From positions 11,407 through 75,406 of the IMG/VR virus record IMGVR_UViG_3300025133_000073: a stretch of DNA of 64,000 bases. One strand, 5' to 3'. Position 1 is the first letter of the stretch. Each line of letters opens with the position of its first letter. Position numbers and translations under genes: made by a program. The notes beneath the pieces were generated by a model. The model did no database searches, was not told where the DNA came from, and saw only the letters and a program-made list of their open reading frames with translations. Of the stretch, positions 40,745-49,672 are shown in pieces. This DNA is from a virus.

Positions 40745-41296
40745 TTAAGAGCATCCACAATCTGTCTCTACTCCACATAACGTCTGTAATGTAGCAAGAG
40801 TTGCTGTAGCTTCGTTCGCGTTGCATCCGTTCGCTTCAATAAGCAGTGTCTTATAAAGTGACCATAGATGCATATAAGTAAGAATTCGACTACCATCTTT
40901 ACATGGGTCGATATCCTTAAGTTCTATCATTTTTTGTTCTACACAGCATTTAATGCTGCATGTTGAGAAGAATTTAACAGTATTTGTTACAGTTCCTTCT
41001 CCAGTTGAAGTAACGGAATATAATATAGTATGCCATCCATCAGCAAGCTCAGAAGAAATATCATCATATGTGAAATCTCCTGTTACCGAAGAAGGTACCT
41101 GCGAAGTTACTACTTCAGGAGTTCCTCCGTCTATTGTAATAGTAACAGCAAAACCTGCGTCCCCAAAAGGCTTATGATTAGGTGTTCCCCATCCCGTAGG
41201 ATTATCAGTTACGTGATATACGCCTGTAACGTCTTTGATCGAGACCTTTGTGCATCCTTCTATACTACATATTTGTATCAGTGGTTTAAGCGCCAT
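40745..41296 (-). CDS. Putative tail hub protein (183 aa)
   Basis: D.TG.Y....NPTGWG motif, DGWH..Y motif and a CGC C-terminus. Confidence 0.55.
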   Translation of the reverse strand: MALKPLIQICSIEGCTKVSIKDVTGVYHVTDNPTGWGTPNHKPFGDAGFAVTITIDGGTPEVVTSQVPSSVTGDFTYDDISSELADGWHTILYSVTSTGEGTVTNTVKFFSTCSIKCCVEQKMIELKDIDPCKDGSRILTYMHLWSLYKTLLIEANGCNANEATATLATLQTLCGVETDCGCS

Positions 41297-41303
41297 GATC
41301 GTT

Positions 41304-41311
41304 CAAAGATA
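41304..41311 (-). promoter_or_regulatory. -7 promoter box TATCTTTG, 7 nt upstream of the tail hub/fibre operon
   Basis: TAnnTTTG immediately after an intrinsic terminator. Confidence 0.65.
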
Positions 41312-41323
41312 AGAAAAAGAGTT

Positions 41324-41373
41324 AAAAAAAGGGGAAGCGCGAACACCTTTAATAAGGTGCTCACGGTATCCCC
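41324..41373 (-). terminator. Rho-independent terminator after the capsid operon
   Basis: Minus strand reads GGGGA..GTGAGCACCTT/AAGGTGTTCGC..TCCCC followed by T7. Confidence 0.85.
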
Positions 41374-41384
41374 TGATCAATTAA

Positions 41385-42689
41385 TTATCCCATGCTCAAC
41401 TCATTGTTTGTGAAGCCCACCATGTCTTCCAAAATATCGGTGATGTCATCTGCTGCTGCACTCAACGCGAAGTTAGGCGTTGTTGTAGGTACAGCGAGTA
41501 CGATCTCTTTCTTAGACACCTCATTTTGAAACTGTGTAATGGTATCAGAGTGAGAGAAACTAAGTAACCAGTATCCTCCACCTGTTACTGCTGCACTCGC
41601 AAGAACATTATCAGTACTGTCAAACAAGAACGGCTGTCCCATTCTGTATTGCTCTCCTGAGTATCCGTTAAGGAAGTTCTCCAATTGAGCAACTTGCTCA
41701 ACAGTTCCTGATCCTGCATCAACTGCAGTAACTACAGATACTGGAGCAGTTCCCATAGAAGGGTTAGGTAAAGCAACGAAACGTACTTTAGTGTAACGAC
41801 TCTTACCAAGAGTGAAATCCAATACTTGTCCGTCAATTCGTACTCCTGCAGCGGCAGCTAATAAAGCAGCGTTTGTCAATGAGTCAGCGGCAGCAATTGC
41901 TATAACAGCAGATGCTTCATTGATGGGTCGATCCAGAGTAACAGTAGTGGTACCTGCTCCTGAAACAACTACATAACAATTATCAGAAGTAGTATTACCT
42001 AATCTAATAACGTCTCCATTTGCAGCCACATCACCCGCAACACTCAGCCCTACTTGTGTAGATCCTTGTGAAATAGTGACAGTACCTGCCGTAGCTACAG
42101 TAGCAGCAGCAGAAAGTAATTCGGCAACAATAGGAGGATTTCCTGCAGCATTCTTAACTTCTCTCTTGAAGTTGTCATTTATAGACTTAACAAGTCCGTT
42201 AGCGATGTCGATCTCATCATCAGTCAATAGAGATTGGTAATAACCTGCTTTCAACTTCTCTGCGTCAGTACCTGACCAGAACTGCTGTAAGTTAATGTTG
42301 ATCGCCATCAGCTCTCCTAAGTGATTGGCAACGGCGTCAGAAAGATCTCCTGTAGTTCCGTTGTATCCTATTCCTGTAGATTGTTCAGCTGCAGCTGCGA
42401 AAGCCTGTACTAAAACATTTGTCATAGATGATTTTACAATCACATCAGATACGATAGGAGGCAATGCTGCTCCTCGACTTACTGCAATGACAAATCTGTC
42501 AGAATCAGCAAGAACTGCAGTTGCCTGCGTTACTCGTACTCCACTTTGAGTAAATATCCCGATCTCACCTACATTCGTAGCCGCCTGAAAGGCTGCTGAA
42601 TTAAGATCTGTCGTAGTGATCGTGTTCGTAGCAGGAGTTGCTCCTATGATGATCCCTTTTGCGTTATTAATTGCACTTGGTGCGCTCAT
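41385..42689 (-). CDS. Auxiliary capsid/decoration protein (434 aa)
   Basis: Ala/Thr-rich with a GSGT.EQVA.LE motif. Last gene of the capsid operon, where crAss-like auxiliary capsid genes sit. Confidence 0.6.
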   Translation of the reverse strand: MSAPSAINNAKGIIIGATPATNTITTTDLNSAAFQAATNVGEIGIFTQSGVRVTQATAVLADSDRFVIAVSRGAALPPIVSDVIVKSSMTNVLVQAFAAAAEQSTGIGYNGTTGDLSDAVANHLGELMAININLQQFWSGTDAEKLKAGYYQSLLTDDEIDIANGLVKSINDNFKREVKNAAGNPPIVAELLSAAATVATAGTVTISQGSTQVGLSVAGDVAANGDVIRLGNTTSDNCYVVVSGAGTTTVTLDRPINEASAVIAIAAADSLTNAALLAAAAGVRIDGQVLDFTLGKSRYTKVRFVALPNPSMGTAPVSVVTAVDAGSGTVEQVAQLENFLNGYSGEQYRMGQPFLFDSTDNVLASAAVTGGGYWLLSFSHSDTITQFQNEVSKKEIVLAVPTTTPNFALSAAADDITDILEDMVGFTNNELSMG

Positions 42690-42792
42690 TATTTCTTGTT
42701 TTAAAAGATTAAAGGTATACGATCCGCATCGACCTGCTTCATTGCAGGATTTTCGTCATATCAATTACAAACCTGTAGTTATTACGTTTTTC

Positions 42793-43524
42793 TTATTCTA
42801 TTATTCTGGCATTCTCTGCCATTTTACTCTGTAGTTCTGCTCGTCCTGTGGACTGCATCATCAATTCAACTGCAATATCGGCAATTTTTTCGTGTTGCAT
42901 CTCATGAAACTCACAAAAATCATTTATGTTCGTCAGATCTACATCTTTCGGAACCCTGTAATAAGAGACATGATATACGTCAAGGGTTGCCCCATCGAAC
43001 GCAATAAGTTCATGTCGCTTTCTATTAGAAGCGGAGACAGCATCACCTATAGCGAGCCGTTCCCGATCTAATCTCCAAAGAAGTTCTGCATACGGTTTCT
43101 TGTACGCAGATCTCTTGTTGACACTGTAGTAATCCTCTTTGATGGGTTTTACATTCACCCTATCGGTCTGTTCATCACCACATGCGTCATCATATGTAAT
43201 AGTAGCTTCCTCACCTAAGGTCAACCAGAAATTCACTGGAAGATCTACAAAGTAAGAGTCACTACCGTGGTCTCCTGCAGAAAAGGAAACAGGGAAGACA
43301 TCCTCGAAACCCTTGAGCTCTGAAAGATCTTTCGATCGTTTCTCTGTCATCTCAGCTCCCGTACGAGTAGGATTTGCTTTATCGTTCTCGTATCGTTTGC
43401 TAAAATGCTTCTGAGCTACATTATAAAAGACACTGAAGTCATCGTCATCGTATCCAGGAGCACCTCCTGATGATACGACATCGAGTCGGATCTTCATATA
43501 ATCAAGTATTTCGTCAGTTGTCAT
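42793..43524 (-). CDS. Ring/head-tail connector protein (243 aa)
   Basis: APGY...D.SVF.N.AQ...E.TEKR..DL..L motif and H..I...AV motif typical of crAss-like ring proteins. Confidence 0.7.
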   Translation of the reverse strand: MTTDEILDYMKIRLDVVSSGGAPGYDDDDFSVFYNVAQKHFSKRYENDKANPTRTGAEMTEKRSKDLSELKGFEDVFPVSFSAGDHGSDSYFVDLPVNFWLTLGEEATITYDDACGDEQTDRVNVKPIKEDYYSVNKRSAYKKPYAELLWRLDRERLAIGDAVSASNRKRHELIAFDGATLDVYHVSYYRVPKDVDLTNINDFCEFHEMQHEKIADIAVELMMQSTGRAELQSKMAENARIIE

Positions 43525-44429
43525 CAGTCTCTACCTTCTGCTCGGTTAACCATAGTTTCAATCAAAATTCTATGATCATTGTTGGAATCATTCTTCAAGA
43601 ACGCCATTGTTGATGCAAGGTCTGATCCCATAAGGTCTCCTCCCATTGTACGGTAAATAGTACCGTCCTTCTGCATCGCACTATATGTCAGCGCCTTGGT
43701 TATCAGAATACGTGTCTGAAGATTCACATCATTGATCACATCAAGGAATCTCTTAGGATTCTTTGCAACTTCTTCACCTGCTTGACCCTGAAGCCATTCA
43801 AGTTTAGCATCTGCAGGAACTCTATGATTCTGTAAAAGGAACAGGATATCTGCAAGAGATGTCTTGTCCTCACGTATCTTAGTGTATGCTGAATAAGCAT
43901 CTGCGACAAGATTGGCTGCAGAAGATTTCTTTCCGTCAGCATAGTCAACATCTACTATCATATACTTATAAGATGCTTTTTTGCGGGCTTCCGCTGCACC
44001 ATCTGCGATAAAGTTCCTGTTGGTCAACAACACACTACGTGTAATATAATCCATAGGATCGGACAGATCCAGAGTGATCTCGGTCTTACCCAATACTACG
44101 GGCTTGAAGATCATTTTCCAGAAATTGTTATCGGTCTTATGAATTGACAGATCACCTGGTTTCAACGACATTCCTGGATGATTCTCCAAAAACTCTGCTT
44201 CTTCAGGGGTCAAAGGATTCACGTATGCTCCGCCTACACTCTTACGCGCAATGCCTATCCTATGGGTAGCATGCTTGTAGAGGAAGGAAGCTTCATGCTT
44301 CTCAGGTAACCAACCTTTCCTTTTCACAGGTATCACTTTCACTTTCTTATTCGGTAGACTGAATTTTGCAGGAGCATCCATTACGGTTGCCCCTGCATCA
44401 TTCGTCTTATTAGCTTTTTCTTTTGCCAT
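43524..44429 (-). CDS. Conserved crAss-like protein downstream of the MCP (301 aa)
   Basis: NNFW...LDLSDPMDYI motif; synteny fits. Confidence 0.65.
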   Translation of the reverse strand: MAKEKANKTNDAGATVMDAPAKFSLPNKKVKVIPVKRKGWLPEKHEASFLYKHATHRIGIARKSVGGAYVNPLTPEEAEFLENHPGMSLKPGDLSIHKTDNNFWKMIFKPVVLGKTEITLDLSDPMDYITRSVLLTNRNFIADGAAEARKKASYKYMIVDVDYADGKKSSAANLVADAYSAYTKIREDKTSLADILFLLQNHRVPADAKLEWLQGQAGEEVAKNPKRFLDVINDVNLQTRILITKALTYSAMQKDGTIYRTMGGDLMGSDLASTMAFLKNDSNNDHRILIETMVNRAEGRD

Positions 44430-44455
44430 TTTAACTTCTCCTTAAAACTCAGTTA

Positions 44456-45961
44456 TTACCAAAGGATGTTCGGTATCAGACTCTTCGTACGTGAAGGATC
44501 ATATACTATCGCACCACATTGTGACGCACGGTGAATGGTGTAACCATCAGTTGCGTGTGCCATTATACTCATCTTACCTTCTGGTGAGAAAGGATCTCTC
44601 AATCCTGGCTCGTATCCCCAGATGTTCTCAGATCCTTTCACATAGACCTTCTGAATGTTCGGCTCACCATTGGTGGTTCCGATATCCATGATGTCATATC
44701 TGTAAGATTCTGCAACTCCACCGTCGGGATGAAGGATCTTATTACGTGTACGGTTGTCGTACATGCTGTCAACCATGATGGAGAAACGGATACCGTTAGG
44801 TCCCATGTAATCCAAGAATTGACCGCCGTATCCGAGTGCCAACTTAACCCCTTTCATTCCACCATTCTGAGATGTCTTGAACATCCTGTCCTGATTGAAC
44901 AATGGTGTAAACAATTGAGAATGATTCTCAAGAGCAGTGTGGAACTGTACAGCTCCCCTTTCACCTGTTCGGGCTACGAAGTGACGCTGATCAGTAGGCA
45001 ATTTACCTTCTGACAGACTCATCAATACGTCAAGCAACCAATCGATAGTAAAATCAGCATAGAACTCAGTACCTGAAGATTCCATCTGCTGACGGATACC
45101 TGCACCTTGCTTCTTGATGTGACCTGACTTACCGAAGTTGTAATACTCACCGTTCACTCCCCTGTTGCTTCGCGCAAACATAAGTAACTTGTTCTTTTCC
45201 TCACGGAACTCACGATCGAAGATATAATCCTCGTAGTTTGTCCATGTAAGGAAGGTCTTCAACGAACCGTCGCCGTCTTTGACCTTGAAGCCCGTACCGA
45301 AAGGTCGGTTCTTCATGTTACCAGGAACCGTGTGCTCCATACGGATCATAGAGAAAGAATTTCTCATTCCGAAAGGAGACTCGAAGCTGATTCCACCACC
45401 TTTCTTAGAAAGAGTGTCCTCAACGAGTGACCAATCACGTGACCATCGTGTACCTGATGCCAATTCTTCAACTGGAACAAACAGATCAGGATCGCCTGTG
45501 ATAAGCTTTACTGGATAAACATAGTTACTACCGTCTGCCCACGGGTCACGTTGGACCTGCAAAGGGTATAATTCATTTTGATGACCGACAAGGATGTGTT
45601 CATCCGTGAAGATCTTTTCCTCGAAAACCAAATAGAACTCAGTAACTACTGCTCCTGGTTCATCGCCTACTGCAACTGCGGCACCGTCGGCAGTAAGTCG
45701 AGCCTCCACAAGTGGTAGGTTCTTCGTACTGTCTCCGATCAGTTCCCAAGTGTAATCATCATCGGTATCAAGGTACTTGACCTTATACTTAGATAATTGG
45801 GAATCGAGATCCATACCAAAATTAGTGGTAAAGATCCTACGCATGATGTCAGTGGCCTTTTGAGGTCTTCCTTGGTATACGCTGTACAGGTGGTTTGCAG
45901 TAGTTATACCGCTCCAGTGCTGTGCATCGTACATCTGAAACTCTGAAAATGGAAGTGCCAT
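44456..45961 (-). CDS. Major capsid protein (501 aa)
   Basis: W.G.TT.NHL, GAGIRQQ and TGERG...F motifs of the crAss-like MCP; order terminase-portal-scaffold-MCP. Confidence 0.9.
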   Translation of the reverse strand: MALPFSEFQMYDAQHWSGITTANHLYSVYQGRPQKATDIMRRIFTTNFGMDLDSQLSKYKVKYLDTDDDYTWELIGDSTKNLPLVEARLTADGAAVAVGDEPGAVVTEFYLVFEEKIFTDEHILVGHQNELYPLQVQRDPWADGSNYVYPVKLITGDPDLFVPVEELASGTRWSRDWSLVEDTLSKKGGGISFESPFGMRNSFSMIRMEHTVPGNMKNRPFGTGFKVKDGDGSLKTFLTWTNYEDYIFDREFREEKNKLLMFARSNRGVNGEYYNFGKSGHIKKQGAGIRQQMESSGTEFYADFTIDWLLDVLMSLSEGKLPTDQRHFVARTGERGAVQFHTALENHSQLFTPLFNQDRMFKTSQNGGMKGVKLALGYGGQFLDYMGPNGIRFSIMVDSMYDNRTRNKILHPDGGVAESYRYDIMDIGTTNGEPNIQKVYVKGSENIWGYEPGLRDPFSPEGKMSIMAHATDGYTIHRASQCGAIVYDPSRTKSLIPNILW

Positions 45962-45985
45962 TGATCATTGTATTTTTATATCAGA

Positions 45986-47218
45986 TTAAATTTGGGCACG
46001 GTCCACCAGTGCAATGACATTGTCACGCGCCTTTGTTGAACCAATGCTATCAAGTGAGACCCCTTGGCCTCCGTCATACAACCCTTCGGTCGTAATATTT
46101 TTCTCAAGCTCCTCTATGGCGCTTGTCATTCCTCTACTTGTGAATATGCTAAGATCAGGCTTCTCATTGAAGACACCCATATGTATAAGATAATTCAATC
46201 TCATATCAAATGCGTTAGGATCTGCGTCTCTCGTGTCAGTGACAAGTGAGCGAAGTTTCCCATTCTCTTTACGTCCTGTAGGAACAGTTACTGAGTCAGC
46301 GACATTCTGTCGTACCTTCTCTGATACTGGGATCCCAGGAAATATGTTCTCTGTCTTCAAAATATCATCCTTCGTCTTTTCAAGACGTTTGGATGCATCC
46401 TCCCGTTGCGTCTTAGCTCCTTCATATTGTTCAGCTTCGACCTTTGCCTGCATTGCTCTGAGATTCTTGATGGAGATCTTTGCGTCCTCCTCATCATCTG
46501 CAGCTGCGAATGAAGCATCGGTCTTACGTAATGCATCCTTAGGTTCATAACCTCTGGCTACAAAATCATTATAGATAAGACTCTTTCTGATCTCTGCCTT
46601 ATTTTCAGAAGCAGCGGTATCATCAGCATCATTCTCTATGAATGCATCTTCGGTGTAAGTATCAAGAGTGAGCTTCATATTATGATTCTCAGCTATTGCC
46701 TCTACAGGTACTCCATTACGGATAGCCTCCAGAACTCTCTTACCTTCTTCCCCAAGACCGTCAAACTCATTCTGTTTGATCGTATCCTTGATCGCATCAG
46801 CAAGACCTTTTACCGAAAGATCCTTCAATGCATCTTCGGAGTCTATGCCTGTAAGTATACCGTCCCTATAAAGTGCCGAAGCAAAATCCGTTACAAGTAA
46901 CGAAGGAGAAGAGGGAGCACTATCAGGGGACGGCGTATTTTCTGAAGCACCTTTTCCCTCTTCGGTCGTAGTAGGTGCGCCTGTCTTAAGGGTTACATCG
47001 AACCCTTCATTAGTATCATCTTCTGTCCCTGGGGACGTGTCTGCTGATGTGTTTTCCGCCTGTGTTTCAACAACAGGTAACGGACTAAGGGCTTCATCAG
47101 AGGCCGATAAAGGAGCATCTTGTTTGAGTTCTACCTCAAATACTTCTTCATTGGCACCCTCTATGCCATCTACATCAAAATCGAAATTGGGTATTATACC
47201 CTCTGTGTTATCAGCCAT
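45986..47218 (-). CDS. Acidic scaffold-like protein (410 aa)
   Basis: Highly acidic N-terminus; located between the portal and MCP genes. Confidence 0.6.
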   Translation of the reverse strand: MADNTEGIIPNFDFDVDGIEGANEEVFEVELKQDAPLSASDEALSPLPVVETQAENTSADTSPGTEDDTNEGFDVTLKTGAPTTTEEGKGASENTPSPDSAPSSPSLLVTDFASALYRDGILTGIDSEDALKDLSVKGLADAIKDTIKQNEFDGLGEEGKRVLEAIRNGVPVEAIAENHNMKLTLDTYTEDAFIENDADDTAASENKAEIRKSLIYNDFVARGYEPKDALRKTDASFAAADDEEDAKISIKNLRAMQAKVEAEQYEGAKTQREDASKRLEKTKDDILKTENIFPGIPVSEKVRQNVADSVTVPTGRKENGKLRSLVTDTRDADPNAFDMRLNYLIHMGVFNEKPDLSIFTSRGMTSAIEELEKNITTEGLYDGGQGVSLDSIGSTKARDNVIALVDRAQI

Positions 47219-47228
47219 TTCTAATTTT

Positions 47229-47236
47229 CAAAATTA
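47229..47236 (-). promoter_or_regulatory. -7 promoter box TAATTTTG, 10 nt upstream of the scaffold/MCP operon
   Basis: TAnnTTTG in the intergenic gap. Confidence 0.6.
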
Positions 47237-47287
47237 AACGCATTAATGCGTAATATCAAGATATCCATCATTTAAACACGATATTGC

Positions 47288-49672
47288 TTATGCACTTTTT
47301 GGTGCTTTGTTGATTTTCTGTTTTGCAATGCGTTCAGCTGACTCTCTATCAAGACGGTTCTCCCTCGACTCGTGAGCATGGGTATCATCTACCTTATTAA
47401 GCTCTGAATCGATCTTCTCAACAACATCGGCTGATGTTGCTGTCTTCAATGCGTGCTCTATCACGCCTTTCACCTTGGCAAGGTTGATACTTCCTTCTTC
47501 TCTCACCTTCTCAAGTCTCTCATTCATGGCAGCTCTGAACTCTTCAAGTTCCTGTGCTTTCGCCATCTTCATTTCTTCTACCTGCTGTACAGCCTGTTGC
47601 TGTTGCTTGGCTGCCTCAGCTTCCTGCTGACCCTTCTGTACCTCAGCATTCTCTATCTTCCTTCTCTTAGAACTGATGGAAGGATCCATAAGGATATCCA
47701 TTATCTGTCCAAGATTGACCTTATCTCTCTGCAATCCTGCCTGTGCGATCTGAGTAAGACTCTGCTTCATGTTCTCATAATCAGGAGTATTGGTAAGAGT
47801 AAGACCATAATGTATCTCAGCAAAATCATCTCCGTGCATCATCTGATTGAACATCGTCTGCTCATCTGTCACGTACATCACATGGATATTACGTCCCTTA
47901 TATGCAAACTTCGCAAGTTCAAGTGTAGCACGCAGTACTGCAAGTTTGATCCTGTCATGCAATGCAAAGTATATCTCCGTAATATGAGAGGACTGCATCA
48001 CAGCTCGTTCAGTATTACCTACAAGTTCATGATTACTGATAGCACCCTCACGTTGTCTGGTAACTCCTGATATGGTTGATATCTCCTCCTTCAGAAAGTT
48101 GAGCATCAACATGTTCTGTTCAATATAGTTTCCCATATCGAAGTTCATAGGAACCCTATTATTGTTCATATTACCTGCAAGAGCTCCTGTTGCTGCACCT
48201 TTCTTTGCTTCCTTGAAGCTGTCAATTGGAAACCATCCCATCTTCTCAGCAAAGTATATTGCATCGTGCTCATCCCATCCTTCAGGTATCATAGCAAGGT
48301 CAAGATATCCTACGGTACCCTTATGCTTGGTCATTGTCTCCCACTGCTTATGCATCAGAAAGTCATAATAGTAAGCGTAAGGCTTCATACGTGCCATAAG
48401 AGAAGTAGTAGGTTCTCCCTCTACTGTATAATCTCCTCCTACGTAAGGACAGAGAGTACCTGTAGGATTGAGAATATCATGTGACTTTACAGGGAAAGGC
48501 TGCATCTTAACATAGATATCCTCACCTATGCGTGTACCTTCCCACCAATCTGTCACCCAGATATACTTCTCGATCCTTTCTCCCTTATTAAGACGGGGCT
48601 CATAGAACTCATCAACAAAGGTCTTCTCTTCAACTCCTGTTCTCTCATCATAATACACAAGCTTACCTATCTTACGATATGCTCTCCATACCACACGTGT
48701 GACAAGTACCGATCCGTCCTCACCGAAAGGCGCAAGGAACTTAGTGGTCATACCTGCAGCATCAGAAGGTACAAGATTTCCATCTGCATCCTCTATCATA
48801 GAGAAGGTCCCTGCCATAAGATCAGGATAAGCACCTGTTGCTACTGACTCATCAGTACCTGAAGATGCTCCACTTGTTATACCACTGTTCTCGATATGTG
48901 TTACTTGTTTAGGTGATAGGAAGTCATTGAAATCATCTATGACATTTCCTCGGGAGTGATATCCCCATTCTACAATGATGTCGGCATCTGCCACATCGGG
49001 GGAATTACCCTTCCTGATGACCTTCACCTGTGATGGATTACATTTCCTTACCCGTGGATCACCATTGACAACATCAAGAGCATATATCTCTCTTCCTTCA
49101 ATAAGACCGTCCATGAATCCCAAGGTCCATTTATAAGGAATTTCCTCTTTTGCCATCACGTGACGCAACAGGTGTGTCCCTCTTCGCTCTCGGATGTCCT
49201 GGTATTCATACTTGAGAAAGTTATCAAAGTTTCTCATCTCAACCATCATCTCCTGCTTGGACTGATTACTTGAAGCAAGCTCTGTCAACTTCTGCACAGT
49301 GAGATCCTTCATGTTCCTCTCCTTCTCAGAGATGGCATCAGGATTTATCACAGCAAGTTTCCAATCAAACCTTCTCTTCTCTTCTTCACCTGCGAGTAGA
49401 TTGATCTTACCATTGGCAATAGGATAATGCTGAGGAGCAAAAGGGAAGTCCTTTGATTGTACATTCATCGGATCACACATGCTCATCATATCATCAGAAT
49501 CAAGAACACTGTTGTACAGATCCCTGTTGATACGCATCTCTCTATATTCTCCCATGTAGGTGCTCGTATAGATCCCCATGTCGCATCCTGCCTTGGTACA
49601 TTTCTCAGCCCAATTCTTTGTCTTTTCCTTTTCGTTCTTCTTCTGAGGAGGAAAATCTGTTCTGTCTTTCAT
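47288..49672 (-). CDS. Portal protein (794 aa)
   Basis: FP.QK...K...W, HYPI...KINLL.GEE..R, WWEGT.IG and ISGVTRQREG.I motifs; follows the terminase. Confidence 0.9.
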   Translation of the reverse strand: MKDRTDFPPQKKNEKEKTKNWAEKCTKAGCDMGIYTSTYMGEYREMRINRDLYNSVLDSDDMMSMCDPMNVQSKDFPFAPQHYPIANGKINLLAGEEEKRRFDWKLAVINPDAISEKERNMKDLTVQKLTELASSNQSKQEMMVEMRNFDNFLKYEYQDIRERRGTHLLRHVMAKEEIPYKWTLGFMDGLIEGREIYALDVVNGDPRVRKCNPSQVKVIRKGNSPDVADADIIVEWGYHSRGNVIDDFNDFLSPKQVTHIENSGITSGASSGTDESVATGAYPDLMAGTFSMIEDADGNLVPSDAAGMTTKFLAPFGEDGSVLVTRVVWRAYRKIGKLVYYDERTGVEEKTFVDEFYEPRLNKGERIEKYIWVTDWWEGTRIGEDIYVKMQPFPVKSHDILNPTGTLCPYVGGDYTVEGEPTTSLMARMKPYAYYYDFLMHKQWETMTKHKGTVGYLDLAMIPEGWDEHDAIYFAEKMGWFPIDSFKEAKKGAATGALAGNMNNNRVPMNFDMGNYIEQNMLMLNFLKEEISTISGVTRQREGAISNHELVGNTERAVMQSSHITEIYFALHDRIKLAVLRATLELAKFAYKGRNIHVMYVTDEQTMFNQMMHGDDFAEIHYGLTLTNTPDYENMKQSLTQIAQAGLQRDKVNLGQIMDILMDPSISSKRRKIENAEVQKGQQEAEAAKQQQQAVQQVEEMKMAKAQELEEFRAAMNERLEKVREEGSINLAKVKGVIEHALKTATSADVVEKIDSELNKVDDTHAHESRENRLDRESAERIAKQKINKAPKSA

